Assembly (NCBI GenBank): GCA_002937775.1
Contig: PTKO01000001.1
Coordinates: 1,294 to 65,293 of the forward strand
DNA from: Alphaproteobacteria bacterium MarineAlpha6_Bin4
GTDB lineage: Bacteria > Pseudomonadota > Alphaproteobacteria > GCA-002720895
Direction of reading: 5' to 3'
DNA: 64,000 nucleotides
Of this stretch, positions 43,571 to 53,138 are shown one piece after another. The translations under genes were made by a program, and so were the position numbers. Position 1 is the first letter of the stretch. Every line of letters begins with the position of its first letter. The notes under the pieces are model-generated. The model searched no databases. It was not told where the DNA came from and was given only the letters and a program-made list of their open reading frames with translations.

Positions 43571-44413
43571 ATGCAAATAGGCGGAAAGATTTCTTTTTTT
43601 AAGCTAAAAGCAAGAAATAAAAAAAATTTATTTTCGAATTATACTTTTGTTTTTTTTGTTATTTTATCAATAACTTTGATTGTTTTGGATAAAAAAAAAT
43701 CTATCAACTCATCACTTATTCGTTCTAATATTATTGATACAATTTTTTTTACAAAAAAATTTATCTTATCAAGCTTACCTAATATGGATAAGTTTAAATT
43801 ATCTTTTAAGTCAAAAAATAATTTATTATTAGAAAATAAATTTTTAAAAGAAAAAATAGAGCAAAATAATTTATATAAACTAAAATCAGAAAAACTAGAA
43901 ATAGAAAATAATATTTTGAAAAAAGAATTATCATTAATGCCTCCTTCTAAAGAAGACTATGTTCTAGTTAAAGTAATTGCTGACACACAAACAGATTACA
44001 AAAAAACTATTATAGTTAATGCGGGTAAAAATAATAATATAAATAAAGGAGATACGGCATTAACTTCCAAAGGTTTAATAGGAAGTGTTATTGAAGTCTA
44101 TGATAGTCATTCGAGAGTTCTTTTATTAAATGATATAAATTCAAAAATTCCAGTTCGTGTAGGAAAAAAAAATAAAAAAGCAATAATTAGTGGGAATAAT
44201 TCTAACAAAATTGATTTGCTTTATTTAAAAGAAAATATTTCATTTGATGAAGATGAAGTTGTTTATACATCAGGTGACGGAGGTTTTTTTAGTCCTGGAA
44301 TTCCGATTGGACAAATAAAAAAAGAAAATAATTACTTTTTTGTAAGACCATTTAATGATTCAAATAAATCTCAGTATATTAATATTTTTATAAATCAATT
44401 TAAAAATTTCTAA
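43571..44413 (+). CDS. mreC: Rod shape-determining protein MreC
   Basis: 280 aa; N-terminal TM, coiled coil, beta-rich C-domain; follows mreB. Confidence 0.8.
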   Translation: MQIGGKISFFKLKARNKKNLFSNYTFVFFVILSITLIVLDKKKSINSSLIRSNIIDTIFFTKKFILSSLPNMDKFKLSFKSKNNLLLENKFLKEKIEQNNLYKLKSEKLEIENNILKKELSLMPPSKEDYVLVKVIADTQTDYKKTIIVNAGKNNNINKGDTALTSKGLIGSVIEVYDSHSRVLLLNDINSKIPVRVGKKNKKAIISGNNSNKIDLLYLKENISFDEDEVVYTSGDGGFFSPGIPIGQIKKENNYFFVRPFNDSNKSQYINIFINQFKNF

Positions 44414-44417
44414 AAAA

Positions 44418-44924
44418 ATGTTTAGCGATATTAAATATTATTTAAAAATTTCATTTCCATCACTAACAATATTTTTTTTAATTTTTTTTAATTTATTTTT
44501 TGCTAATAACTTTTTTGATTTTGGCCAATTATTTATACTTCATGCAATTTTTTTTTGGTTATTAAATTTTCCAAAGCTAATACCTTTTTATATAATTTTA
44601 ATAGCAAGTCTTGTTCAGGATATAATTTATCTTTCGCCATTAGGATCAACTCCTTTAGTATTTTTTTTGTTAATATTTTTATTTGAAAAGTATAATAAAT
44701 TTTTTTTAGAACCATCTTTTATTGAATTATTTTTTAGTTTTGTAGCATTATTTACTATAGGAATGTTTATTTTTTGGGGAATAAACTCGATATTTAATTT
44801 AAAACCATTGCTAATTAATATTGATTTTCTATATAAAATCTTTTTAAATACAATTTTTTTTCCAATACATTACTTTTTTTTAAATATTATTTTTAAGAAA
44901 ATGAATTTAAATAAAAAATTATAA
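44418..44924 (+). CDS. mreD: Rod shape-determining protein MreD
   Basis: 168 aa polytopic membrane protein in mreBCD position. Confidence 0.7.
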   Translation: MFSDIKYYLKISFPSLTIFFLIFFNLFFANNFFDFGQLFILHAIFFWLLNFPKLIPFYIILIASLVQDIIYLSPLGSTPLVFFLLIFLFEKYNKFFLEPSFIELFFSFVALFTIGMFIFWGINSIFNLKPLLINIDFLYKIFLNTIFFPIHYFFLNIIFKKMNLNKKL

Positions 44925-44928
44925 AAGA

Positions 44929-46770
44929 ATGTATAAATACCCAAACATTGACAAATTATTATCAAGAAGAACTTTTTTACTTGGAATAGGTAAAGGAGCA
45001 TTATTTTCCACAGTCTTATTTCGTTTAATATACTTACAATTATTCAAATCTGAAAAGTTTAAAGTTTTAGCAGAAAAAAATAGAATAAGCTTAAGATTAA
45101 TTCACCCCCTAAGAGGAAATATTGTTGATAGAAATGGTAAAATTTTAGCTTTGAATAAAAATAGTTACAATGTTCTTTTAGAAGGAAATAAAAATTTAGA
45201 TGAGGTTAACCAAGCACTTGATAAGATTAGTAGAATTATTTTTTTAAATAATACTGAGGTAAATAATGTTTATAATAATTTATTAACAAAAAAAAAATCA
45301 GATTTACCAATTTTTATAAAAAAAAATCTAAAATGGAATGAGCTATCATCATTAAATGTAAACTTAATAAATTTACCAAATGTATTTATCGAACAAGGTA
45401 TAAAAAGAGAATATCCTTACCGTAATCTAGCATCACATGTTATTGGTTATATGACTACACCACAAGAAAAAGATATTAAGAAATATCCTTTCTTAAAACT
45501 AATGGATGCAGATGTGGGTCGTTTTGGAATTGAAGAAAGCTTTGAAAAAGAGCTAAGAGGATTTCCAGGAACAAAGTATTTAGAAGTAAATGCTTATGGA
45601 AGAGAAATAAGAGAAATTAGTAAAGAAGAAAGTGTTAGTGGTAATGAAGTTAAATTAACTATAGATATTAATTTGCAAAAATATGTTAATTCTTTAATGA
45701 AAAATATAAGTGGATCAGTTGTAGCTATTGATGTTAATAATGGAGAAATACTGGCTTTAGAGTCATCTCCAAATTTTGATCCTAATTTATTTACAAAAAC
45801 TATATCGCAAGAAGACTGGGACAAATTAATAAATAATCCATTGGCACCAATGGTTAACAAGTCTATTTCTGGAGAGTATTCTCCAGGATCAACTTTTAAA
45901 TTAATTGTTTTATATTCCGCATTAATTAACAATATAATAAAGCCAAATAATGTAATTAATTGTTCAAGCAAAATAAATTTTGGTGATAGAGACTTTTATT
46001 GTTGGTGTCATAAAAAAAAAACGGGTTGCTGGGCAAATAAAAATCATAAAAGAAATGTTGGGCCTGAGTTAGCAATAGCACAATCATGCGATAGTTTTTT
46101 TTATGAATTAGCAAAAAGATTAGGAATAGAAAGTATAGTAGAAACAGCTAGAAATTTTGGTCTTGGTTCAAAAAGTGGAATAAACTTAAAAGGTGAAAAA
46201 TATGGACTAGTCCCAAACAAATCATGGAAGAAAAAAACATACAATAAAAGCTGGAAAATTGGAGAAACTATGATTACTGGAGTAGGACAAGGTTTTTTAA
46301 GAACCACCCCTATTCAACTTGCTGTTATGACAGCAATGTTTGCTAATGAGGGAAAAAAAATATTTCCAACTATTTATAAGTCTTTTGGTAATACTAATAA
46401 TTCGGATAACTCAGTTTTTACAAACCAAACTTTATATCAAAAAAAGTTTTTTTCTTTAATTAAAAACGCTATGTTTTCGGCAGTAAATAAGCCATTTGGA
46501 ACGGCTTTTAAGTCAAAAATTGAAAACCCAGTTTTTGCCGGAAAGACTGGCACAGTTCAAGTTAGAACAATTTCAAAAAGGGAAAGAGAAGTTGGTATTA
46601 TTCCCAATAAAGAATTACCATTAAAAAAAAGAGATCATGCAATGTTTGTGGGGTTTGCACCTTATGATAATCCTAAAATAGCTTTATCAGTAGTAGTTGA
46701 ACACGGCGGAAGTGGATCAAAAATAGCCGCACCTATAGCTAAAAAGATTTTTAAGAAAGCATTGTCATAA
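44929..46770 (+). CDS. mrdA: Peptidoglycan D,D-transpeptidase MrdA (PBP2)
   Basis: 613 aa; N-terminal TM, PBP dimerisation and transpeptidase domains (SPGSTFK, KTGTVQV). Confidence 0.9.
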   Translation: MYKYPNIDKLLSRRTFLLGIGKGALFSTVLFRLIYLQLFKSEKFKVLAEKNRISLRLIHPLRGNIVDRNGKILALNKNSYNVLLEGNKNLDEVNQALDKISRIIFLNNTEVNNVYNNLLTKKKSDLPIFIKKNLKWNELSSLNVNLINLPNVFIEQGIKREYPYRNLASHVIGYMTTPQEKDIKKYPFLKLMDADVGRFGIEESFEKELRGFPGTKYLEVNAYGREIREISKEESVSGNEVKLTIDINLQKYVNSLMKNISGSVVAIDVNNGEILALESSPNFDPNLFTKTISQEDWDKLINNPLAPMVNKSISGEYSPGSTFKLIVLYSALINNIIKPNNVINCSSKINFGDRDFYCWCHKKKTGCWANKNHKRNVGPELAIAQSCDSFFYELAKRLGIESIVETARNFGLGSKSGINLKGEKYGLVPNKSWKKKTYNKSWKIGETMITGVGQGFLRTTPIQLAVMTAMFANEGKKIFPTIYKSFGNTNNSDNSVFTNQTLYQKKFFSLIKNAMFSAVNKPFGTAFKSKIENPVFAGKTGTVQVRTISKREREVGIIPNKELPLKKRDHAMFVGFAPYDNPKIALSVVVEHGGSGSKIAAPIAKKIFKKALS

Positions 46771-46776
46771 ATAAAA

Positions 46777-47877
46777 ATGAATTTGGTAAATTTTTTAAAT
46801 AAAGTTAATTGGTTTTTTATTCTTTTATTAACATCTATTTCTGCAATTGGAGTTTTACTTTTGTACTCAGTAGCAGGAGGATCGTGGGAACCTTGGGCGT
46901 CAAATCAAATTATAAGAATATTTATCGGTATAATAATTTTAATTTTTTTTTCCTTTATCAATGTTAGTTTTTGGTACAAATTAGCCAACCCCATTTATAT
47001 TTTTTGTATTTTTTTAATTTTGCTAACTTTTTTCTTTGGTAAAGAAGTAAGTGGAGCAAGAAGATGGATAGATTTGCATTTCTTTTCATTCCAGCCAGCA
47101 GAAATAGCAAAAATATTTATTATTCTAGCATTAGCTAAGTACTTTCATTCAATAAAATTACAAAGTTACGATATAAAACAAAAGATTTTTTTTCCTTTAT
47201 TAATTTTATTTATACCAGTTATTTTAATTTTTAAACAGCCTGATTTAGGAACAGCTTTAATCATATTTTTTACTGGAATTATTGTTTTATTTTTATCGGG
47301 GGTTCAAATTAAAACATTTGCTATTTCTGGTATTGGAGGTCTAGTAGCACTTCCAATTTTTTGGACATTTTTAGAAGATTACCAAAAATCTCGTATAATA
47401 AATTTTCTTGATCAACAGAGTAATACTCTAGGAGCTAATTATCATATTACTCAATCGAAAATTGCTTTAGGTTCAGGAGGTTTTTTTGGAAAAGGTTTTC
47501 TAGAAGGCACTCAAAGTCATTTAAGTTTTATTCCTGAAATGGAAACAGATTTTATTTTTTCAGTTTTAGGAGAAGAATTTGGATTTTTAGGAATAATATT
47601 TTTATTTTTTTTATATTTTATTTTAATATCTTGGTCTATTAATATTAGTTTAAAATCGAAAAATTATTTTTCAAAAATTTTTGGGATAAGCTTTATATCT
47701 TCATTTTTTATAGTTATTTTTATAAATATTGGAATGGTCACTGGAATTATCCCAGTAGTTGGCGTCCCATTACCACTATGTTCTTATGGGGGTACAGCAA
47801 TTCTATCTAATTTTATAGGTTTTGGAATTATATTAAGCGGTTATAATTCTCGTGATTATAAATTACATAATATTTGA
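46777..47877 (+). CDS. mrdB: Peptidoglycan glycosyltransferase RodA (SEDS family)
   Basis: 366 aa; SEDS family with conserved C-terminal PVVGVPLPLCSYGGTA. Confidence 0.92.
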   Translation: MNLVNFLNKVNWFFILLLTSISAIGVLLLYSVAGGSWEPWASNQIIRIFIGIIILIFFSFINVSFWYKLANPIYIFCIFLILLTFFFGKEVSGARRWIDLHFFSFQPAEIAKIFIILALAKYFHSIKLQSYDIKQKIFFPLLILFIPVILIFKQPDLGTALIIFFTGIIVLFLSGVQIKTFAISGIGGLVALPIFWTFLEDYQKSRIINFLDQQSNTLGANYHITQSKIALGSGGFFGKGFLEGTQSHLSFIPEMETDFIFSVLGEEFGFLGIIFLFFLYFILISWSINISLKSKNYFSKIFGISFISSFFIVIFINIGMVTGIIPVVGVPLPLCSYGGTAILSNFIGFGIILSGYNSRDYKLHNI

Positions 47878-47884
47878 TAAAATT

Positions 47885-47959
47885 GGGCGATTAGTTCAGG
47901 GGTAGAACAATGGATTCTTAATCCATGTGTCGGGGGTTCGATTCCCCCATCGCCTACCA
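47885..47959 (+). tRNA. tRNA-Lys (anticodon CUU)
   Basis: Acceptor GGGCGAU/AUCGCCU, D-arm GTTC-AGGGGTA-GAAC, anticodon stem ATGGA/TCCAT with loop TTCTTAA, T-arm GGGGG-TTCGATT-CCCCC, discriminator A, encoded CCA; T-run follows. Confidence 0.85.
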
Positions 47960-48018
47960 ATTAATTTTTTTTTTAAATTTATGTTAGTTGATATAAAAAA
48001 AATTGATAATATTTACTT

Positions 48019-48531
48019 ATGAATAATAAAGAACACTCTCCAACAATAGAGCAATCGCTTAAAATGATTGAGGATAAACTTGAGGGGCAAAAATCACAAA
48101 AAAAAGATAAAAATTTAAATAATAAAAAAAAAAGTTATTCTTTATCAAATTTATTTACAAAAAAAAAGAATTTAAAATCAAAAGTAAAACAAGATGATGT
48201 TATTTTGCTTACTAAAAAAGTTGATATTAAAGAAAATAGAAATAAACCAAAAAAAAATAAAGTTTTTAAGAAAAAAGTTATAAAAAATATTGAAAATAAA
48301 ACTAGAGAATTAAAAACAGAGAATATTGATACTAGAGTCGCTGATAACAAAAAATTAAGCAAAACTAATGACCTTGCCAATATCATTAAAAAATTAAAAA
48401 AAATAAGAGATAAAAAATTAAATAATAATAAATTAAAAAAATCAAAAAAAGTTAATAAAGAGATTAAAAAATTAAATGAAACTATTAATTTAGCTGAAGA
48501 TCTATTTACAAAAGAACTTTTAGATTTGTAG
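48019..48531 (+). CDS. Hypothetical lysine-rich (about 30 % K) low-complexity protein
   Basis: 170-codon stop-free frame in AT-rich DNA (unlikely by chance); no recognisable domain; N-terminal 30 aa and C-terminal AEDLFTKELLDL are non-repetitive. Confidence 0.45.
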   Translation: MNNKEHSPTIEQSLKMIEDKLEGQKSQKKDKNLNNKKKSYSLSNLFTKKKNLKSKVKQDDVILLTKKVDIKENRNKPKKNKVFKKKVIKNIENKTRELKTENIDTRVADNKKLSKTNDLANIIKKLKKIRDKKLNNNKLKKSKKVNKEIKKLNETINLAEDLFTKELLDL

Positions 48532-48545
48532 TTTTCTCAATTTAA

Positions 48546-50141
48546 TTAAGAATTTAATTTTTCAGTTAATGGATTTAAATATTTTTTATAATTATTCCAT
48601 GAATTTATAGAACTTTTATAAATAGGTTTTCTTACTTGAGTTACGCTTGCTGAGTGAATTAATCTTTTATTTTTATAAAATTCTAAACAACTTTTTTCAA
48701 AATCAATATTTAAGAAATTTAAAACTTTCTTTGTTTCATTTTCTATATTCGAAACAATATTTTCATATTCTATATCTAATATTTCTTGATTAAATACTTC
48801 TTTATAATATTTCATTTGTTTTTTGTAGAAATTATAATAATCTCCCAAGTCACTTAAAGAGTAAGTGAATGTGTTACCTTCAGTGAAGTATGTTTTATAG
48901 CATGATAAACATGTATCAACAGCATTTCTTTTACAGTGAATAATTTTTGCATTAGGCAGACATAACTTTATTAATCCTATATTTATAAAATTCCCCGGCA
49001 TTTTATTTGTAAAGTAATCTTTTTTATTTGAAATTTTTTCTATTGTATCTAGATACATTTTGCCAACATCAGAAATATTTTTTTCCGTTAATGATTTTAA
49101 AACTTCATATAAATTTTTATTTCTCTCAGGATTTAATTTTTGAAAAAAATCAGTAAAATTACAAAACTCTCCACCTCCCTCAACTTTACTATGTGAGGAA
49201 ATTATTTGTTCTACCAACGTTGTTCCTGACCTTGGCATACCAATAATGAAAATAGGTTTTGATGACTTATTCCCAATATTTTTTTTTATATTAAACTTAA
49301 ACTTTTCAGTTATTTTTTTTACCACATCAAATCTATCATTTTCATTATCTATAGAGAAATTTGAATATTTTTTTTTTAAATTATTACCTAAATCATAGTA
49401 ATAAAATGATTTTTCATAATTTTTAATTATTTCATACCTTTTGGCCATCGAAAGATAAAAAAAAATTTTATTAATATCATTTAAATTTTTTATATCAATT
49501 AGTTTTAATCTTTTTATATCTTTATTTATTTCATCTTCATTTAGTATGTCAGTGATGTCATAGCAAGCAGACATATTATTTGGGTTGGAATGAATTATTT
49601 TTTTAAAGATCTCTTTAGCTTCATTAAAATCTCCTTTTATTTTATATATTTGACCAAGCCCATGTTGTGCTAGAACGAAATCGCTATTTATAGATAAAGT
49701 TTTTTTGTAATAATTTAACGCTTTTTCAATATCAATATTCCTTTGATGACATAGTCTTGCAGAAGAATAATAAACTTCATGGTTGTCTGGAAATAGCTTG
49801 CATGCTTTTTCTAATACTTTTACAGCTTCTTCCATTTCATTAATATCTTCATAACAATTTGCTAAATTTACGAAAGATTCTAAATGATTAGAATTTATTT
49901 CTATTACTTTTTTATAGAATTTAATTGCTTCTAGAATGTTTTTTTTTATTTCTAGTAGTCTTGCAATATTGAATAAAGCAGGATAATAGTTGTTATCAAT
50001 ATCTACAATTTTCCTTAAAACATTTTCTAATTCTTCTAATTTTCCACTTTTATGCAGATTTGAAGCCTCAATCATCAAGTCTTTAACTTCTTTATTTAAA
50101 GGGTCATTTGCCATTATTTTTTTGATTTTCTCCAGTCCCAT
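48546..50141 (-). CDS. TPR-repeat protein fused to a C-terminal sulfotransferase domain
   Basis: 531 aa; N-terminal half TPR-like repeats, C-terminal half with sulfotransferase PAPS-binding motifs (5'-PSB PRSGTTLVEQI; 3'-PB RNAVDTCLSCYK). More probable start is Met10 at 50114, which overlaps the upstream nuclease stop as TAATG. Confidence 0.75.
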   Translation of the reverse strand: MGLEKIKKIMANDPLNKEVKDLMIEASNLHKSGKLEELENVLRKIVDIDNNYYPALFNIARLLEIKKNILEAIKFYKKVIEINSNHLESFVNLANCYEDINEMEEAVKVLEKACKLFPDNHEVYYSSARLCHQRNIDIEKALNYYKKTLSINSDFVLAQHGLGQIYKIKGDFNEAKEIFKKIIHSNPNNMSACYDITDILNEDEINKDIKRLKLIDIKNLNDINKIFFYLSMAKRYEIIKNYEKSFYYYDLGNNLKKKYSNFSIDNENDRFDVVKKITEKFKFNIKKNIGNKSSKPIFIIGMPRSGTTLVEQIISSHSKVEGGGEFCNFTDFFQKLNPERNKNLYEVLKSLTEKNISDVGKMYLDTIEKISNKKDYFTNKMPGNFINIGLIKLCLPNAKIIHCKRNAVDTCLSCYKTYFTEGNTFTYSLSDLGDYYNFYKKQMKYYKEVFNQEILDIEYENIVSNIENETKKVLNFLNIDFEKSCLEFYKNKRLIHSASVTQVRKPIYKSSINSWNNYKKYLNPLTEKLNS

Positions 50142-50626
50142 GGGTAAGTAAATTTACCTGACCATGCACCCGCTTTCACTTTTTTTGCTTTTTTTTCAGT
50201 AGTTTTATATTTGTTTGACATATAACTAAATGCATATCCAGATAAAACTATATTTTCATTAATATCAAGTTTTCCAATATAACAAGTGGCCAACCATCTT
50301 TTATAACGATCTTTTTTTTCAGCCGTACAACGAATTGGTTGACTAGAAATTATTGTTGCAAGAATTAAAGCAGATTGCTCACCACATTTATATTTAGTAT
50401 TATCTTTTTTAAAACATTCTTGTTTTATTTCAAAAGCATCTATCCCTATTAATCTTATCATATGATTATTTATTTCAACGGAATCACCATCAATGATTCT
50501 TGCTTTTCCATTAAATTCTTTTGAATTAGCAATGTAAGGAAAATGAAAAGACGAATATAAAAAGAATAATATAAAAATTAAAAATTTATTCATCAAATGA
50601 TAATAGCGATTCAGTTTGTACCCCAA
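50114..50626 (-). CDS. Secreted thermonuclease (staphylococcal nuclease / SNase-like)
   Basis: 170 aa; signal peptide (probable true start Met12 at 50593: MNKFLIFILFF...ANS), SNase core motifs (IDGDS, RLIGIDAFE, Y..C). The start overlaps the apt stop in the sequence ATGAATAA. Confidence 0.8.
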   Translation of the reverse strand: MGYKLNRYYHLMNKFLIFILFFLYSSFHFPYIANSKEFNGKARIIDGDSVEINNHMIRLIGIDAFEIKQECFKKDNTKYKCGEQSALILATIISSQPIRCTAEKKDRYKRWLATCYIGKLDINENIVLSGYAFSYMSNKYKTTEKKAKKVKAGAWSGKFTYPWDWRKSKK

Positions 50627-51104
50627 TATTTTCCCTGCCTTTCAAATTTGTAAGTTCGATCAAAGTTAAAAAAGCTGATACATTCACATTTGTTTTTTGG
50701 AGAAGTTTAATAGCAGCACTTGCAGTTCCACCTGTTGCCAATAAATCATCTATCAGTATCACATTTTTATTTTTTAAATCTTTTCTTTTTTGAATTTCCA
50801 AACAATCTTCTCCATATTCCAATTCATATGTATGCGATATAGTTTGTCCTGGTAATTTTCCCTTTTTTCTAATCATTATAACTTCGCAATTTAACTTGTA
50901 TGCGATTGTAGATGCAAAAATAAAACCTCTTGATTCTATTCCTGCCAATACTTCTGGATTATGTTTTTTTACAAGTGTAGAGAATTGATTAATGGTTTCT
51001 TGCCATATATCCTTATTAATCATTAGTGAAGATATATCGTAAAATAAAATACCCGGTTTAGGAAAATCTGGATGGGTATCGATATACTTTTTTAAATCAA
51101 TCAA
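50586..51104 (-). CDS. apt: Adenine phosphoribosyltransferase
   Basis: 172 aa; PRTase type I PRPP motif VILIDDLLATGGT, Apt-like N-terminus. Confidence 0.9.
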   Translation of the reverse strand: MIDLKKYIDTHPDFPKPGILFYDISSLMINKDIWQETINQFSTLVKKHNPEVLAGIESRGFIFASTIAYKLNCEVIMIRKKGKLPGQTISHTYELEYGEDCLEIQKRKDLKNKNVILIDDLLATGGTASAAIKLLQKTNVNVSAFLTLIELTNLKGRENIGVQTESLLSFDE

Positions 51105-51107
51105 AAG

Positions 51108-51467
51108 CTATTTAGTTTTCAAATATTCAATTATAGCTGCTCTGTCTTCAGCTTTTTTTAATCCCGGATATATCATTTTAGTTCCTGGATACATTCCTTT
51201 AGGATTAGTTAGCCATTTATCTAGATTAGCTTCATCCCAAACTATACCAGATTCTTTAAGAGCTTTAGAATATTTTTTGTAACCAGCCGCAGCTCCAGCT
51301 TTTCTTCCCACTATACCAACTAAATGTGGGCCAACTTTGTGTTTTTCAGCATCAACAGCATGACAAGCTTTGCATTTAGTAAATAATTTTTTTCCGTCAG
51401 CTGCAAAAGCATTATTATTGAAAAGAAATATCAAGAATAAAAAAGATAAAAGTTTAGAAAATTTCAT
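51108..51467 (-). CDS. Monohaem c-type cytochrome (c2/c552 class I)
   Basis: 119 aa; signal peptide, haem-binding CKACH, distal Met context (class I cytochrome c). Confidence 0.85.
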   Translation of the reverse strand: MKFSKLLSFLFLIFLFNNNAFAADGKKLFTKCKACHAVDAEKHKVGPHLVGIVGRKAGAAAGYKKYSKALKESGIVWDEANLDKWLTNPKGMYPGTKMIYPGLKKAEDRAAIIEYLKTK

Positions 51468-51537
51468 TTTATAAAACCAAAAAAAAAGTTAAGAAAAAAA
51501 TATAATATTAAGTATAATATATTTCAAAATTATAAAA

Positions 51538-52071
51538 ATGAAATCCTTTTTTAAAATTTTATTTTTTTTACTTTTTGTAAATAATGCAATGGCTCAAGAT
51601 TTAAAAAATATCATATATTTGCAATTAAAAGATGGTAAAGTTGTCATCGAAATGAAACCTGACCATGCCCCTAAACATGTAAAAAGAATAAAAGAACTAA
51701 TAAGTGATAAATTTTATGATGGCCTAGTATTCCATAGAGTTATTGAAGGTTTTATGGCACAAACTGGCGATCCCCAAGGAAATGGCACAGGAGGTTCAGG
51801 TCAAAATATACCAGCAGAATTTAATTCTCTTCCACATATAAAAGGAGCTGTCTCAATGGCAAGAGCACAAGATCCTGACAGCGCTGATAGCCAATTTTTT
51901 ATTTGTTTTAAAGAATCTTCATTTTTAGATGGTCAGTATACCGTATGGGGGCAAGTTATAGAGGGAATGGAATTTGTGGATATGATCAAAAAAGGAGACT
52001 CATCCAATAATGGAGCAGTCAATAGTCCTGATAAAATAATTTCAATGAAATTAGCAGAAGAATCTAAATAA
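51538..52071 (+). CDS. ppiA: Periplasmic peptidyl-prolyl cis-trans isomerase, cyclophilin type
   Basis: 177 aa; signal peptide; cyclophilin motifs (FHRVI.GFM.Q.GD, MA). Confidence 0.88.
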   Translation: MKSFFKILFFLLFVNNAMAQDLKNIIYLQLKDGKVVIEMKPDHAPKHVKRIKELISDKFYDGLVFHRVIEGFMAQTGDPQGNGTGGSGQNIPAEFNSLPHIKGAVSMARAQDPDSADSQFFICFKESSFLDGQYTVWGQVIEGMEFVDMIKKGDSSNNGAVNSPDKIISMKLAEESK

Positions 52072-52079
52072 ATTATTTT

Positions 52080-53126
52080 ATGAAATCAGAAGCTATAGTA
52101 TTACCATATTATGGTATTGGAGATTTTCTAACTCATTTGCCATTCATTTTAGCTCTTTTAAAGAAAAATAAAAAATCAAAATTTATTGTTTTAACTAAAT
52201 CTAGAACATTTGCTAAAAAATTACTTTTACCGGAAAAAAGAATAGAAGTCATATATATACAAAATAATTACAATTTATTTTCATCTATAAAAGAATTTTT
52301 TAAATTAATAAATTTTTTTAAAAAAAAAAACATCAAGAAAATATGGATATTTCACAGAAGCCCAAGATTTGCAATTATAGCTTTCTTTTCTTCTATTGAG
52401 GAAAGATTGGGATACGGCATAGGGTCACAAAAAATATGGTTAAATTGTAAAAGTTTTTTAAAAAAGAAATTTTATAAATCTTTTCCCATAGAAAAGTCTT
52501 TTGAATTTTTAAAAATTAATAATATTTATTTAAATTCTGTAGAACCTAAACTAGATGCATTAAAATCTATAAATACTAAAATTAAAAAAGAATTTTTAAA
52601 GTACCCAAAGCCATGGGTAGTAATTGGTTTTGGTTCAACAGATATTCATAGGACATGGAAAACTTTAAATTTTATAAATTTAATTAAACTTTTAGATAAA
52701 TTAAAAAAGAGTACTTTTTTTTTAATTGGGTCACCAAAAGAAAGAAAAGGAGCTGATAAAATTATATCTAAATGTTTAAAAATTAAAAGCAAAGTTATTA
52801 ATGCATGTTTTTCTATGGAAAAAACTATTAGTTTAATTTCACTGTCTGATTTTTATGTTGGAAATGATACTGGTAGTTCAAACTTGTCTTTAGCTTTAGG
52901 GGTAAAGACATTTATTATACATGGCGGGACTCCGCCTTACACAAAGACAGTTTATAGAAAGTTTTATCCAAATAGATATAATTCCAAATTTTTATTTCCT
53001 ATAGAGCCAAAAGGAGGTGTTTTAAGAGACCCTCATTTAAAAGGAAATGATTCAATTCCAAGAAATATTGGTATGGATTTAATTAAACCTGAAGATGTGG
53101 CTAAATTAATATTAAAAAAAATTTAG
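52080..53126 (+). CDS. Glycosyltransferase family 9 (ADP-heptose:LPS heptosyltransferase-like)
   Basis: 348 aa; GT9 C-terminal motif (YVGNDTGSSNLSLALG) and overall GT-B architecture. Confidence 0.7.
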   Translation: MKSEAIVLPYYGIGDFLTHLPFILALLKKNKKSKFIVLTKSRTFAKKLLLPEKRIEVIYIQNNYNLFSSIKEFFKLINFFKKKNIKKIWIFHRSPRFAIIAFFSSIEERLGYGIGSQKIWLNCKSFLKKKFYKSFPIEKSFEFLKINNIYLNSVEPKLDALKSINTKIKKEFLKYPKPWVVIGFGSTDIHRTWKTLNFINLIKLLDKLKKSTFFLIGSPKERKGADKIISKCLKIKSKVINACFSMEKTISLISLSDFYVGNDTGSSNLSLALGVKTFIIHGGTPPYTKTVYRKFYPNRYNSKFLFPIEPKGGVLRDPHLKGNDSIPRNIGMDLIKPEDVAKLILKKI

Positions 53127-53138
53127 AATAAATTTAAA

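Noticed and set aside
47885-47959. tRNA-Lys as an island boundary
   Set aside because: Flanked by rodA on one side and ordinary-looking genes on the other; no repeat of the tRNA 3' end and no mobility genes.
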